From Bdellovibrionales bacterium (GTDB lineage Bacteria > Bdellovibrionota > Bdellovibrionia > Bdellovibrionales > UBA1609), in the NCBI GenBank assembly GCA_014323935.1, contig JACOND010000005.1:17428-81427 (forward strand): a DNA stretch of 64,000 bases. The letters run 5' to 3'. A program made the position numbers and the translations under genes. Shown one piece after another: positions 45,801-54,818 of this stretch. Position 1 is the stretch's first letter. Each line of letters begins with the position of its first letter. Under the pieces are notes generated by a model. That model was not told the DNA's origin. It worked only from the letters and a program-made list of their open reading frames with translations, and ran no database searches.

Positions 45801-45908
45801 GGTAGTAAAGCCGGCAGTGTTGATTATTTAAAACAATTTATGCAGGTTAAAGTTGTTACTGAAAACAATGTAAGACGAGGTTTTTCTCCAGAGCTTTTTG
45901 AACAGTAG
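42891..45908 (+). CDS. putA: bifunctional proline dehydrogenase / L-glutamate gamma-semialdehyde (P5C) dehydrogenase
   Basis: 1005 aa. PRODH barrel blocks (VKGAYWD, LYGMAEG, YLVRRLLENSSNQSF) followed by an ALDH domain (LEMGGKNA, catalytic Cys in FQGQKCSACSR). No N-terminal RHH DNA-binding domain. Confidence 0.9.
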   Translation: MSQEFEKKIFEIGSELLKESKNQDQLFFKKNWWYQKILSWTMKNQKLKTSLFRFIDVLPNLSNDKQFLSHWKEYFKDQDLSFITSGLSHLVPSLMVQTLRKQITQVAQMFITGSNVETALKVISQNWEKGLAFSFDILEEETLSEKEAEIYFQSYLSVMNQLKVAQKNWSYKKTLQQDSSGDIPKVNISVKISALFSQIKVSAWEYSKIQIKNRLRLLFRKAVQDFSFINLDMEYYHYKDLYLEIFKELLMEEEFKNYPHFGIVVQAYLKDSLKDLQELIHFCKMRKQKITIRLVKGAYWDSEYLLARRENWLIPVFTQKVETDINFEKALVLLFKECEHVKIAVGSHNIRSIAYALTLYEKYPQAQIEFQLLYGMAEGLTASLSQRGFLTRLYCTVGELIPGMSYLVRRLLENSSNQSFILNSLMKKESPEKLLSAPCLKESSKRRVKPTEKLQYEGFEKALSFQTKGYFSNFPVPDFSKKQNRDSFRKSLKEWKIQFPLEVPILLGSKRLKSSEIFKRENPNQTEQMISNTFFADKDIVSKAVEKCHNFFPKWKTSPTSQRVTCLQKVAQIMKKNFFNLASLQVYEVGKTWEEACGDVAEAIDFCSYYALSYERLATPQLTDEVSGEESFLSYEAIGCVAVIAPWNFPLAILTGMTVAPLVCGNTVLIKPAEQSSLTAYEFVKILLKAGFPSESFAFLPGKGEEVGKALVEHPKISIISFTGSFEVGEQIMKKAGSILQGQENIKRCVLEMGGKNAIVVDSSADLDLAIKGILQSSFVFQGQKCSACSRIVILEDIYDRFMKRFIPALESLIIGSSENPETTLGSVVDRKAYERIQNFIKRQEKFSENNNKSSLKQRLLYKDIDKDFIKKSYFISPVLYLTSDRDSELMQKELFAPIVACFKVKTLKEAIQIVNHSSFGLTAGIYSRHPRHIEEFQSFVSVGNLYVNRTCTGAIVKRHPFGGRKMSGLGSKAGSVDYLKQFMQVKVVTENNVRRGFSPELFEQ

Positions 45909-45921
45909 AATTACAGTTGTT

Positions 45922-46443
45922 TTAAAATTTACAAATTAGGAAATTTTCTTCTTCTCCTGAGTTAATTTTACAGTTAGGAGAAGCTATGTCTCTTTCCCTC
46001 TCTCCTCTCTTTCTTTTTTTTATAACAATCCCTTTATTTTTAGGAGCTTGAAACCAATGTGTAGATTGAGCTAGGCTTTGCTTTTCCTTAACCATTGGAA
46101 ACATATTAGTAAATAAAAATAAAAATACCATAACCATAGCACTTACTTGAACGGATGTTTTAAATAAATCCTTTTTCCAGATTCTCTTTTGTTTTTTCTT
46201 TCTATAATCACTTAAGCTTATAATTTCAGATTCTTTATTTTTTTGAGATGTTGTTTTGGTTTTTTGATTTTCTTGGAAAATACCATTTGAGAAAGTATGG
46301 GATTTTTTATAAGTATCCATATAAATAATTTTAGCGTGTTTGTCATTAGAAACGACTTTCTTTTTTTTAGTTTTTTTAGTTTTTAATTTTTCACGGTATT
46401 CTACCAGTGAAATGAGATTGTTTTTATTGTTATTATCGTTCAT
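45922..46443 (-). CDS. hypothetical Lys-rich single-pass membrane protein
   Basis: 173 aa. Internal duplicated motif ISLVEYREKLK / ISLSDYRKKKQ and one TM (VQVSAMVMVFLFLFTNMF). Confidence 0.4.
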   Translation of the reverse strand: MNDNNNKNNLISLVEYREKLKTKKTKKKKVVSNDKHAKIIYMDTYKKSHTFSNGIFQENQKTKTTSQKNKESEIISLSDYRKKKQKRIWKKDLFKTSVQVSAMVMVFLFLFTNMFPMVKEKQSLAQSTHWFQAPKNKGIVIKKRKRGERERDIASPNCKINSGEEENFLICKF

Positions 46444-46594
46444 GTTTTTTATCTCAAAATCCTTGATAATTAAAATTCAAAAAAGAAAAGCTTTACCTGA
46501 ATTAGAATAATCACTATCTCTATCGGTTATTTTTTTAATTTTTTAAAATTTTTTTGATTTTTCTAAAAAGAAATTTTAAGATAAATTTAAAGTT

Positions 46595-47866
46595 ATGAAT
46601 TTTAAACCTTTTTTATTTCTTTTAGCAGGGTCTATTAGTTTCTTTTCTCTTCAATCTAGGGCAAATGAAGAATCGTCTGAGGTTCAAAAAACTCAAAAGA
46701 AAGAAATACAGGAAGGAAATAAAACTTTAGACCAGGTGAAATTAAATCAAAGTCCAGGTTTAAAGTCAGAAGTTGAAAGAAATTCCAAAGATAAAAAAGC
46801 AAATTCTAATGGAAAAAAAGCTCAGCTATCTAAATCTTCTAATATTGTTCAAGAAAAAATTGAAAATTCTTTAAAAGACTTTTTAGTTATTTTAGAGACT
46901 CAACCTTTTCAGTCTAAGGATTATATAAATACAGTTACTTTTTTAAAAGAATCTTTTTATAACCAAGTTAGTTTTGAGAGCTTAAAGTTATTATACAAAC
47001 TGTATGAAGAGAAAGGAGATATTAATAATCAGCTAAAAATTAGTCGTATTATTGTCATCAATTATCCTAAGATTGCTGAAGGTTTTTATTTGTTAGGAAA
47101 GTCTTATAAAAAATTATCTGAGACAATAGAAGATCCAGAGAAGTTTGAAGCTAATAAAAAACAGATCATTGATAGCTATAGACAAGTTCTTAAGTTAGAC
47201 ACTCAATTTAGTCCTGCTTATGAAGCTCTTTTGAAAGAATTAATGGTAAAGGATGATTATACTCAAAAATTAAAACACACAAGGTCTTCTTTAAACCTTG
47301 TTATAGATAGCTTAAGACATTTGAAGGAAAATAAATACTACATTCCTTTATGTGAGGCTTATTATGATAATAAATTTCTCAGGCAAGCCCGTATCGCTTG
47401 TGTTAAATCTATAAGAAAAAATCCTGAAGATCCGATAAGTCCTCTTATTTTATCTTTTAGTTTATCAAATACAAAAAAAAAGAAAGAAAAAATCTTATTA
47501 GTGGCTAATAAATACATGGATTCTTTTATTGTGCAGTCTAAAGTAGCTTTCTATTTCCTTAGAAGGGGTGATAGAGATTTAGCTATCACTTATTTTCTCA
47601 GAGCTTCTAATCTAGAACCAGAGAATTTAAAATTAAATGAAAGACTTGCATGGCTTCTTTTTAATCAGGACCGGGAAGAGGAAGCTTTAGCTTATTTTTT
47701 TAAAACTTGTTTCATGACGGATACTCAATTTTTATCAGACTTTAAAAGAGCAAAAGAAGCTTTAAAAAATAAAGGGAAATCAGATTTATCTGTTGAATTT
47801 GGTAAGGGAATTCAAGAGTGCTATCGAAAAGTCCAAGAAAAAAAAGAAGATAAAGCTAAAAGATAA
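46595..47866 (+). CDS. secreted TPR-repeat protein
   Basis: 423 aa. Signal peptide (...FFSLQSRA|NE), several TPR-like helix pairs (AEGFYLLGKSYKKL, DRDLAITYFLRASNLEPEN). Confidence 0.6.
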   Translation: MNFKPFLFLLAGSISFFSLQSRANEESSEVQKTQKKEIQEGNKTLDQVKLNQSPGLKSEVERNSKDKKANSNGKKAQLSKSSNIVQEKIENSLKDFLVILETQPFQSKDYINTVTFLKESFYNQVSFESLKLLYKLYEEKGDINNQLKISRIIVINYPKIAEGFYLLGKSYKKLSETIEDPEKFEANKKQIIDSYRQVLKLDTQFSPAYEALLKELMVKDDYTQKLKHTRSSLNLVIDSLRHLKENKYYIPLCEAYYDNKFLRQARIACVKSIRKNPEDPISPLILSFSLSNTKKKKEKILLVANKYMDSFIVQSKVAFYFLRRGDRDLAITYFLRASNLEPENLKLNERLAWLLFNQDREEEALAYFFKTCFMTDTQFLSDFKRAKEALKNKGKSDLSVEFGKGIQECYRKVQEKKEDKAKR

Positions 47867-48349
47867 AATGAGACATTAAATAAAAGAAGTTATTAAGTTG
47901 AAAACTTTATGGTTCCCTAAAAGGATAGATTATATTTTATTCAAGAAAAAAGAAAATTCTTTCTTTTTTAGATTCAATTCCTGTTCCTTATTCTGAAAGC
48001 AATGTAAAAAAATTTAAATATGAAGGTAATAGTATCGTTTATAGGCAGAGAGGTATAAAAAAGGTCCTATAATCGAAAAGAGATATTTCTTTAAGGGGGT
48101 ATTTAACTTATAGGATACTATCTTAAAAAAAGCAAAGTTAAAGTGGTCATAAATTTAAAAATATGGCTTACTTAAAAGCTCAACTTAAAAAGATTGCTTA
48201 GTCTTTTTCTTAGAGTTTCTCTTTAATGAATTATTTTTGATTATTATTTAAAAAGACCTTTAACTATAAAGTGAAAAATTAAGATAACACTTAAACTTGT
48301 GCTTCCTATAAGTATTAATAAAACTTCCTTTTCAATTTTCAAAAAACTA

Positions 48350-48547
48350 TTAAATATAATAATAAAGAAAACCAAAAACACAAAGAAAGTAAAATAATTT
48401 TTTACTAAAATCTTCTTTTAGATTTCTATCACTTCTTAATTTTAAGAGTTTTTCTTGTTCTTTGTTAGTTTTTTTTGCTTCAGTTGTTTCCTCTTTATTA
48501 GATTTTTCTGATTGTTCAATTTTTTTTATGGAATCAAGGTTAGACAT
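48350..48547 (-). CDS. small hypothetical tail-anchored membrane protein (candidate toxin partner of the upstream Panacea-like gene)
   Basis: 65 aa. Charged N-terminal two-thirds and a C-terminal hydrophobic helix LFYFLCVFGFLYYYI. Its ATG overlaps the upstream stop as TAATG. Confidence 0.35.
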   Translation of the reverse strand: MSNLDSIKKIEQSEKSNKEETTEAKKTNKEQEKLLKLRSDRNLKEDFSKKLFYFLCVFGFLYYYI

Positions 48548-48923
48548 TAACTGGCTTTGTTTTTAACTTTACTTATTTTGTCTTTGTAATATTTTTTAAT
48601 ATCTTCATTTTTTATTTGAAAATTTAGAATATCCTTACCTCCTTTTTCATTCCAAGCCTTATACCACGGAGAGCCTTTTTTATGAGTTATTGCAATCAAT
48701 TCCGTTGCTGTTTTATTTCCATAAACTTCAAGGAATTTTTCTATAATATCTTTTTCTTCTTTATTAAAGTCAGATTGGATAATTTCTAAGTTTTCAAAAT
48801 TATCACTTAATTTTTTTATGTTGATTCCAGAATACTTAAATTCATGATATATGCTTGGACAAACGGGTCCAAATTTCTACATACTCATTAGCTAAAGGAT
48901 TATGACTTTTTTTAAATGACATA
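48547..48923 (-). pseudogene. Panacea/DUF4065 (SocA-like antitoxin) domain gene, N-terminally short and frameshifted
   Basis: MSFKKSHNPLANEYVEIW(frame break)GPVCPSIYHEFKYSG...AITHKKGSPWYKAW. This matches the DUF4065 core (..f.AW..GPV...vY..fk..G ... H...sPW). The first frame stops at 48843-48845. Confidence 0.5.
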
Positions 48924-49191
48924 TAACAACATCTCTCCCTAACCAAATTAATTTATTCAGCTTTTATGGTCAAAAATTTTAGACTTATTGTGCTATTTTT
49001 AGATTTTTTTTTAAAAAAATCAAACTTGTGTAAAAAAAGTAAATTTTTATTATTAGGTTAAGAACTTAAGTTTTTTCTAGCTTTTAGGGTATATTCAAAG
49101 ACATGACTTTCTTGATAAAGACTTGAAAGTTTTTCATTTTTTATCTTTTATTTAGTCTTAAGTCAAATAATCATTCCCATAAATTTATATT

Positions 49192-49593
49192 TTAAGCAAC
49201 TTGTTTTCTTTGTTTTTTTAACATTTCTTTTCTTTCTTCTTTGATATTTAATCCATTTTTTTCCATTTTTCTATAAAGAGTTGCTCGACTTATTTTTAAA
49301 GTTTTAGCGACTTCATTGACATTTAATTGTTTTAAATAAAGTATTTTTTTAATATGTTTTTTTGTTATATTTTCTAAGGAAACATCTTCATTTTTTCCTA
49401 TAGGAAGTTGAACAACTTGCTTCGAAACTTCTTCATCTTGAATATATTGGTCTATTTCTTCTAAAGTCGCCCATTCATCTTCTGTATAAGTAGAAAATTC
49501 TAAACGGGCTTGTTTTGCAAAATTTTTAACTAACTCTGTTGTAGTATCATTTTTTTTAGAAGTAACTAAAATAAGTTTTTCTATTTGAGACAT
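49192..49593 (-). CDS. small Fis-type (HTH_8) DNA-binding protein
   Basis: 133 aa. C-terminal ITKKHIKKILYLKQLNVNEVAKTLKISRATLYRKMEKNGL. The N-terminal acidic region has no recognised domain. Confidence 0.55.
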   Translation of the reverse strand: MSQIEKLILVTSKKNDTTTELVKNFAKQARLEFSTYTEDEWATLEEIDQYIQDEEVSKQVVQLPIGKNEDVSLENITKKHIKKILYLKQLNVNEVAKTLKISRATLYRKMEKNGLNIKEERKEMLKKQRKQVA

Positions 49594-49671
49594 ATTTTTT
49601 CCTCTTTTCTTGTTTTGTTTATACTATAAGTATCGGAAGCTTTATAAAAAAATTGAGAAAAAAATTAAGAG

Positions 49672-49709
49672 TAAAAAAAAACTAAGATATTTTTTGGTAA
49701 AATATCTTA
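49672..49709 (-). terminator. candidate intrinsic terminator (minus-strand orientation)
   Basis: Perfect 11-bp stem TAAGATATTTT / AAAATATCTTA with a 5-nt loop (49683-49709), followed on the minus strand by a T-run (49673-49681). A second, imperfect copy at 49793-49819 overlaps the stop codon of the 49817 ORF. Confidence 0.45.
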
Positions 49710-49905
49710 GTTGCCTTAAACTTGAATTGCATTTTACTAATTAATTGAATGGTCATCTTTTCGTGAACTCGGCACACCTTAGCTTAAAAAAATAAGATAT
49801 TTTTTGGTAAAATACTTTAGTTGCCAGACTGAGACTTAAACTTCAATTGCATTTTACTAATTAATTGAATGGCCATCTTTTCGTGAGCTCGGCACATCTT
49901 AAGTT
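49683..49905. repeat. about 110-bp tandem duplication covering the 3' end and terminator of the 49817..50287 ORF
   Basis: Copy A is 49683-49785 and copy B is 49793-49905. They are about 90% identical by eye. Copy B carries a 9-nt insertion (AGACTGAGA) relative to A. Confidence 0.85.
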
Positions 49906-50287
49906 CATCTTTTCTGTAAGACCTTTGACTAGGTGTTAAAGAAGCTGTTTCTAATTCCATTTCATAGTCCATTTTACTAGATCTGATAGACTCTAACTCT
50001 CTTGTTTGTTGTTTAAAGAGCTTATTAATTTTTTGTACAGGAGCAATATCTAACCATGCTTTTTTATTTTTATACCAAACTAATTTTTTCTTAAAACGAG
50101 CTTTATTTTTAGCTAAAGTAAACTCAGGATGCATGGATTCTTCTATATCAAGAATATTTTTCACTTTATTAAGATTAACCATATCTTCTTCCTCCATAAT
50201 AGACTCATACCTTTTTATGTCTATCACTTTAGATAAAGAAGAATTGTAATGATTTTCTTTTAAATTTTTGCCTGTTATATTATTCAT
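49817..50287 (-). CDS. hypothetical basic protein
   Basis: Likely start MNNITGKN at 50287 (track ORF runs to 50347). 156 aa. No domain recognised. Confidence 0.4.
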   Translation of the reverse strand: MNNITGKNLKENHYNSSLSKVIDIKRYESIMEEEDMVNLNKVKNILDIEESMHPEFTLAKNKARFKKKLVWYKNKKAWLDIAPVQKINKLFKQQTRELESIRSSKMDYEMELETASLTPSQRSYRKDELKMCRAHEKMAIQLISKMQLKFKSQSGN

Positions 50288-50504
50288 AAAAATTCCTTTT
50301 TTTAGTTTATCCAAAAAAAAAATATATAAAAAAAACTCAAATGTCAAATTTATTTAGAAAGTAGGTTAAATTTAGAAAATGAGAGTTGGAAGGTCTATTT
50401 TTGTTTTAAAGATAACTTTAGGCTTCCTTTTAATTTATGTCGTTTGACAAAAGTTCATAGAACAATTACTTTTTAATAAGTAAGTTTACTTAAAGGAAAT
50501 TATT

Positions 50505-51836
50505 ATGAATAAATCTGTTTTTCAGACATGGGGAGTTTTTATTGGTTTGATTATTGGCACCCTTATAGGATTGATCTTTAATGTGTTAAAGCCAGATGAG
50601 TCTTTTGAAATGATCGAGCAAAGTCATTGGACTCAAACCATTATAGATAATGTTTTTTATCCTATTGGAAATGTTTTTTTGCAATCTCTTTTCATGATTA
50701 TTGTTCCTCTTGTTTTTAGTTCCTTAATTATAGGAATCGCTGATATGAAAAATCCAGCTTCTATTGGTCGTTTAAGTAAAAAATTAATTATTTTTTACAG
50801 TTGTAGTACTTTGATTGCTATTTTTATTGGACAAGTTTTTATGCAAACCATGAAACCAGGAAGCGGGATTTCTCAAGAAAAAGTGGGAATGGTTGCTATG
50901 AATATGAAAGATAAGATGTCTTCTCTGAAGGAAAAAAGCTCAATAGTAGGAGATTCTTTATGGCCAGGAATCTTAACAAAAATTGTACCTCGTAATATCA
51001 TTGATCAATTTGGGGAAAATAATATGTTAGCCGTGATCTTTGTGTCTTTGTTATTTGGTTTAAGCTTATTGTATCTTCCTTCCTCGAATTCAAAAAAATC
51101 TTTTACAGATTTTATGTCTACTTTATCTGCAATGTCTATTCAAATTATAGGTTGGATTATGAAAACAGTTCCTGTTGCCGTAGGTTGTCTTATAGCTATT
51201 ACTGTTTCAGAATTTGGTTTAGACCTTATTAAAAGTATGGCTTTTTATGTTATTGTTATGACATTAGGTATGTTGACGCATTTTATTTTGACTTACAGTT
51301 GTTTTCTAAAATTTTTAGTTAAAATTCCTGTCAGATCTTTTTATAAAAGAATGTTACCTGTTTTTTCAACAGCTTTAGGAACAAGTTCTAGCAGTGCTAC
51401 TATGCCTGTCACTATGAAGACTTTAGAAAACAGTTTTGGAGTACCTAAAAGAATTGTCAGTTTTTCTATTCCTATAGGAACTGTTGTGAATATGGATGGA
51501 ACTGCCTTGTTTGAAGTGGCAGCCACTCTTTTTATTGCTCAGATTTTTGGAATTCCCTTAGGTCTTTCAAGTTTATTTTTACTTATAGCTATTGTGTTTA
51601 TTACTTCAGTTGGTGTAGCAGGGATTCCAGGAGGGTCTTTACCTATTTTAATGTCCGCTATCGTTGTCTTAGGAATTCCAGCAGAGGGTTTAGCTATTAT
51701 TTTAGGGGTAGATAGACTTTTAGATATGGGACGAACTGTCGTCAATGTAACAGGGGATTCTATTGTTGCCCTTTACTTAGCTTCTAAAGAAAATGTAGAT
51801 ATTAATACTTACTTAAAAGAACATAAAATTAAATAG
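50505..51836 (+). CDS. dicarboxylate/amino acid:cation symporter (DAACS/SLC1, GltP/DctA-like)
   Basis: 443 aa polytopic. Conserved blocks ALGTSSSSATMPVT and NMDGTALFE, and a VDRLLDMGRTVVNVTGD-like C-terminus. Confidence 0.85.
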   Translation: MNKSVFQTWGVFIGLIIGTLIGLIFNVLKPDESFEMIEQSHWTQTIIDNVFYPIGNVFLQSLFMIIVPLVFSSLIIGIADMKNPASIGRLSKKLIIFYSCSTLIAIFIGQVFMQTMKPGSGISQEKVGMVAMNMKDKMSSLKEKSSIVGDSLWPGILTKIVPRNIIDQFGENNMLAVIFVSLLFGLSLLYLPSSNSKKSFTDFMSTLSAMSIQIIGWIMKTVPVAVGCLIAITVSEFGLDLIKSMAFYVIVMTLGMLTHFILTYSCFLKFLVKIPVRSFYKRMLPVFSTALGTSSSSATMPVTMKTLENSFGVPKRIVSFSIPIGTVVNMDGTALFEVAATLFIAQIFGIPLGLSSLFLLIAIVFITSVGVAGIPGGSLPILMSAIVVLGIPAEGLAIILGVDRLLDMGRTVVNVTGDSIVALYLASKENVDINTYLKEHKIK

Positions 51837-51994
51837 TTATCATTTTTTAGAAAAACTGTGTTATAAAAAGTGCTTTTTTTTTATCTTTAATTCTTTTTTA
51901 TAAACCTTATCCTGTCTTAGCTGATTCTTTAAAACAGGATAGAATTTTATCTAAACCTCTTCCTCCTTTAAAATTTTCTCATAACATAGATGAT

Positions 51995-54793
51995 TTGAAT
52001 ATTTTAAAAAAAGATTCCAATTATTATATTCAAAATTTAGCTCCTCATTTAAATCTGGTTGTCAGTGAGGAATTTGTAGACATTTCCCCTTATTTTTTTT
52101 ATTACATTAAACTCATTAACTCTGAATACAATTCTCTTTTTAAAGAGAATCCTTTTAAAAAGAATTCTTACCTCAGGACAAATACAATTTATTTTTCTTC
52201 TCCTCGTTATCAACTCTCTAGGGCTCATGTTTTTTTAGACGTTAGACCTTTTGTTCATATTTATCCCTCAAGAGAAGCTTTTTTTATGGATGTATGGTCT
52301 TTATTTGATTGGACTCAAAATTCTCTTATTCATGAATTAAATCATGTCTATCAACTTACCCAAATTAAAAAATGGGAGAATTTCTTTTGGCCTCTTTTAA
52401 GTGTATTTCTAGCTCATAGTGAATGGAGTACTTTTTTCAGATCTTTAAATTATAAAAATAAATTTTTGCCCTCTTGGATTTTAGAAGGAGATGCTGTTTT
52501 TTCAGAATCTTTATATGGTACAGGAGGAAGGTTGTGGAGCGGTGTAGCTAGAGCTTTTGTCTTTGCACAAATTAAAGAAGATCAAATTCCTTTAAAAAGA
52601 CTTTTAAAGCTTTATAAAGATCCTTTTTCTAGTTTAGAAAAATATCTTCATGGAGCTTTCTTTTTTACTTATCTTTATTCTAAATATGATTTAAAAACCA
52701 TAAAAAACTTTTTTTATGAAAGTAGTCTTTATTTACCTTTAGACTATTATGGGTTAAATTCCTCTCTTAAAAGAGCTTTTGGTTTAGATTTAAAAACTTT
52801 ATTTCAAAATTACAAAAAATATTATCTGGAAAAAGCTAAAAAGCAAAAATCTTCTTCTCAGCCTCTTTTATTTAGAAGTAAGCTCTTTGCACCTCTAAAT
52901 AGTGATAAAGAGGATTTGTTCTTTTTAATATCTGATGCTAAAAGTCCCTCTGAATTGATAATATGGAATAAAAGAGAAAATACTTTTAAAAAAAGCAAAG
53001 TTCATCTTCCTATAGGGAAAGTCTTTAAAAAGAAGGGAAAATATATTTCTCCTGGCTATATGAGACTAAATAGCTCTTCTGTTGAATTCACTTTATCTGA
53101 GGAAGATTTTAAACCTATTTTAAAATACAATTCTAAATATGTTATGGACTTTTATGGAGATAAAGCTCTTTTTTTAGATATGCAAAGCAGTCATTTACAA
53201 AATGCCCTTTATTTTGGAGATAGTTTTTATGATTCGATTCATTCTTCAGCTTTAGTCGATTCAAAAGGCTCTGTTTATTACTTTAAGCAGGATAAAGACA
53301 AAAGGGTGCTTTATAAAAATAAAAAACCTTTAGTAGAATTGAAAACTTATTTTGCTTACCTTGTAGAAGTTAATCCTAAGGCGGTTTATTTTATTAGTTC
53401 TACTGATTATGGTTCCAGTTTATTTGTTTATAAAAAAGATGAAGGAATTTATAGATTGAGTGAATCCGATCGAATTGTATCAGCTCGTCAAGTTGAGAAA
53501 GATAAATTTTTAGTCATAGAAATAGGAACAGATCATTATGAATATAAAATGATCTCCAGCTCGAAAATTTCCAAGAAACCTACTTTTTATAATGATTTAT
53601 TTAAAAAAAAACCTTTATTTCAAGATTCTTTTCATGAGATTTCACTCAGCTCTAAAAAACTAAATTCTTACCATTCTTTTTCTAATCTTTTGTTAAAACA
53701 AATGTTTTTACAATTTTTTCCTTATTTTTCTGGATCTATTAAATTTGAGGATCCTTTGAAGTTTAATGATTTATCTTTGAATACTTTGTTATCAAAATCT
53801 ATAAAGCGTTTTAAAGCTTTATATTCTTATAAAAAATACCGGCCGGAATTTGATTTTTCTTTAAACTATGATAAAGAGCCTTTGCAATTAAAAAAAGGTA
53901 ATAACCGTTTTGATTTTTTTCATGATTTAGGTCTTTTAAGAGATGAAGACATCTACATAACAGAGGAAATTTCAGAACCTAGGAGTCAGGATTCTTTTTT
54001 AGGAGAGAATTTTAAAGTAAAACGTATCTTAAAAAGAAAAAGACCTTTTGTAGCCTACGAAAGAATCTCTTTATCCTTAGGATTGAACTACCCTGTTTTT
54101 GAGTCTGTGGAATCGTCTCTCTTTTTTTCTTCTATTTTTAAATTAGGGCAAGGACGTTTTTTAAAGAATTCTTGGTTTAAATATATTCAAAATAGAGGAG
54201 AGATAAGTTATAGATTTAAAAGGAAATATCCCTATGCTTACTTTTACAATAAGAGGAGGAATTTAAAAGCAAATTATAAGCTTTTTTTTATAAAAAATCA
54301 GTTTTTTTTAAATGCTTCTTTCAAAGCTGGTTTTGTTGAAGAGTTAGGCAGAGAGTTTTTTCTCAATCTTCAAACAGAAGCTTCATGGGGACTTTTAAAC
54401 TTTAGTTCTTTTCCTCTTCAGTTTAAAAATCAGGAGTTTCATAATTTTTTAGTCTCTGAATCTAATAGTTTATATGAATTAAATTTAAATTTTCTAAAAG
54501 TATATAATCGATTCTATTATCCTTTAAAGATACCTCTTGGATTGATTCGTTTTGCTCCTTTAGCAGGAATGTCTTTTTTAGTTTCTGAAAATCATAGAGA
54601 CTCTTTTCCAAGGAATTTTTATCTCATTCCTTTTATAGGATGGGAGGGAGAATTTTTTCTGTTTTCTGATAAAAATTCTTTCAAAGCGGGATTATCTCTT
54701 CAAAAAATAATAGAAGCTAAACAAGGATTTTTATCTGATTTTTCGAAAAATGATAATTTTCAGTTTTCTACTTGGATTTCATTGAATTTATAA
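51995..54793 (+). CDS. large hypothetical protein: peptidase MA (HExxH)-like N-terminal domain + beta-rich C-terminal region
   Basis: 932 aa from a TTG start. HELNHVYQ followed about 45 aa later by WILEGDAVFSES, a Peptidase_MA_2-like arrangement. The C-terminal third is rich in alternating aromatic strands. The start codon is uncertain (see findings). Confidence 0.55.
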   Translation: MNILKKDSNYYIQNLAPHLNLVVSEEFVDISPYFFYYIKLINSEYNSLFKENPFKKNSYLRTNTIYFSSPRYQLSRAHVFLDVRPFVHIYPSREAFFMDVWSLFDWTQNSLIHELNHVYQLTQIKKWENFFWPLLSVFLAHSEWSTFFRSLNYKNKFLPSWILEGDAVFSESLYGTGGRLWSGVARAFVFAQIKEDQIPLKRLLKLYKDPFSSLEKYLHGAFFFTYLYSKYDLKTIKNFFYESSLYLPLDYYGLNSSLKRAFGLDLKTLFQNYKKYYLEKAKKQKSSSQPLLFRSKLFAPLNSDKEDLFFLISDAKSPSELIIWNKRENTFKKSKVHLPIGKVFKKKGKYISPGYMRLNSSSVEFTLSEEDFKPILKYNSKYVMDFYGDKALFLDMQSSHLQNALYFGDSFYDSIHSSALVDSKGSVYYFKQDKDKRVLYKNKKPLVELKTYFAYLVEVNPKAVYFISSTDYGSSLFVYKKDEGIYRLSESDRIVSARQVEKDKFLVIEIGTDHYEYKMISSSKISKKPTFYNDLFKKKPLFQDSFHEISLSSKKLNSYHSFSNLLLKQMFLQFFPYFSGSIKFEDPLKFNDLSLNTLLSKSIKRFKALYSYKKYRPEFDFSLNYDKEPLQLKKGNNRFDFFHDLGLLRDEDIYITEEISEPRSQDSFLGENFKVKRILKRKRPFVAYERISLSLGLNYPVFESVESSLFFSSIFKLGQGRFLKNSWFKYIQNRGEISYRFKRKYPYAYFYNKRRNLKANYKLFFIKNQFFLNASFKAGFVEELGREFFLNLQTEASWGLLNFSSFPLQFKNQEFHNFLVSESNSLYELNLNFLKVYNRFYYPLKIPLGLIRFAPLAGMSFLVSENHRDSFPRNFYLIPFIGWEGEFFLFSDKNSFKAGLSLQKIIEAKQGFLSDFSKNDNFQFSTWISLNL

Positions 54794-54818
54794 TAATATT
54801 TGAAATAAAAAAGCTTTA

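Noticed and set aside
51341-51745. Two minus-strand ORFs (61 and 68 aa) inside the GltP-type symporter gene
   Set aside because: They are antisense shadow ORFs within a well-supported membrane transporter gene.
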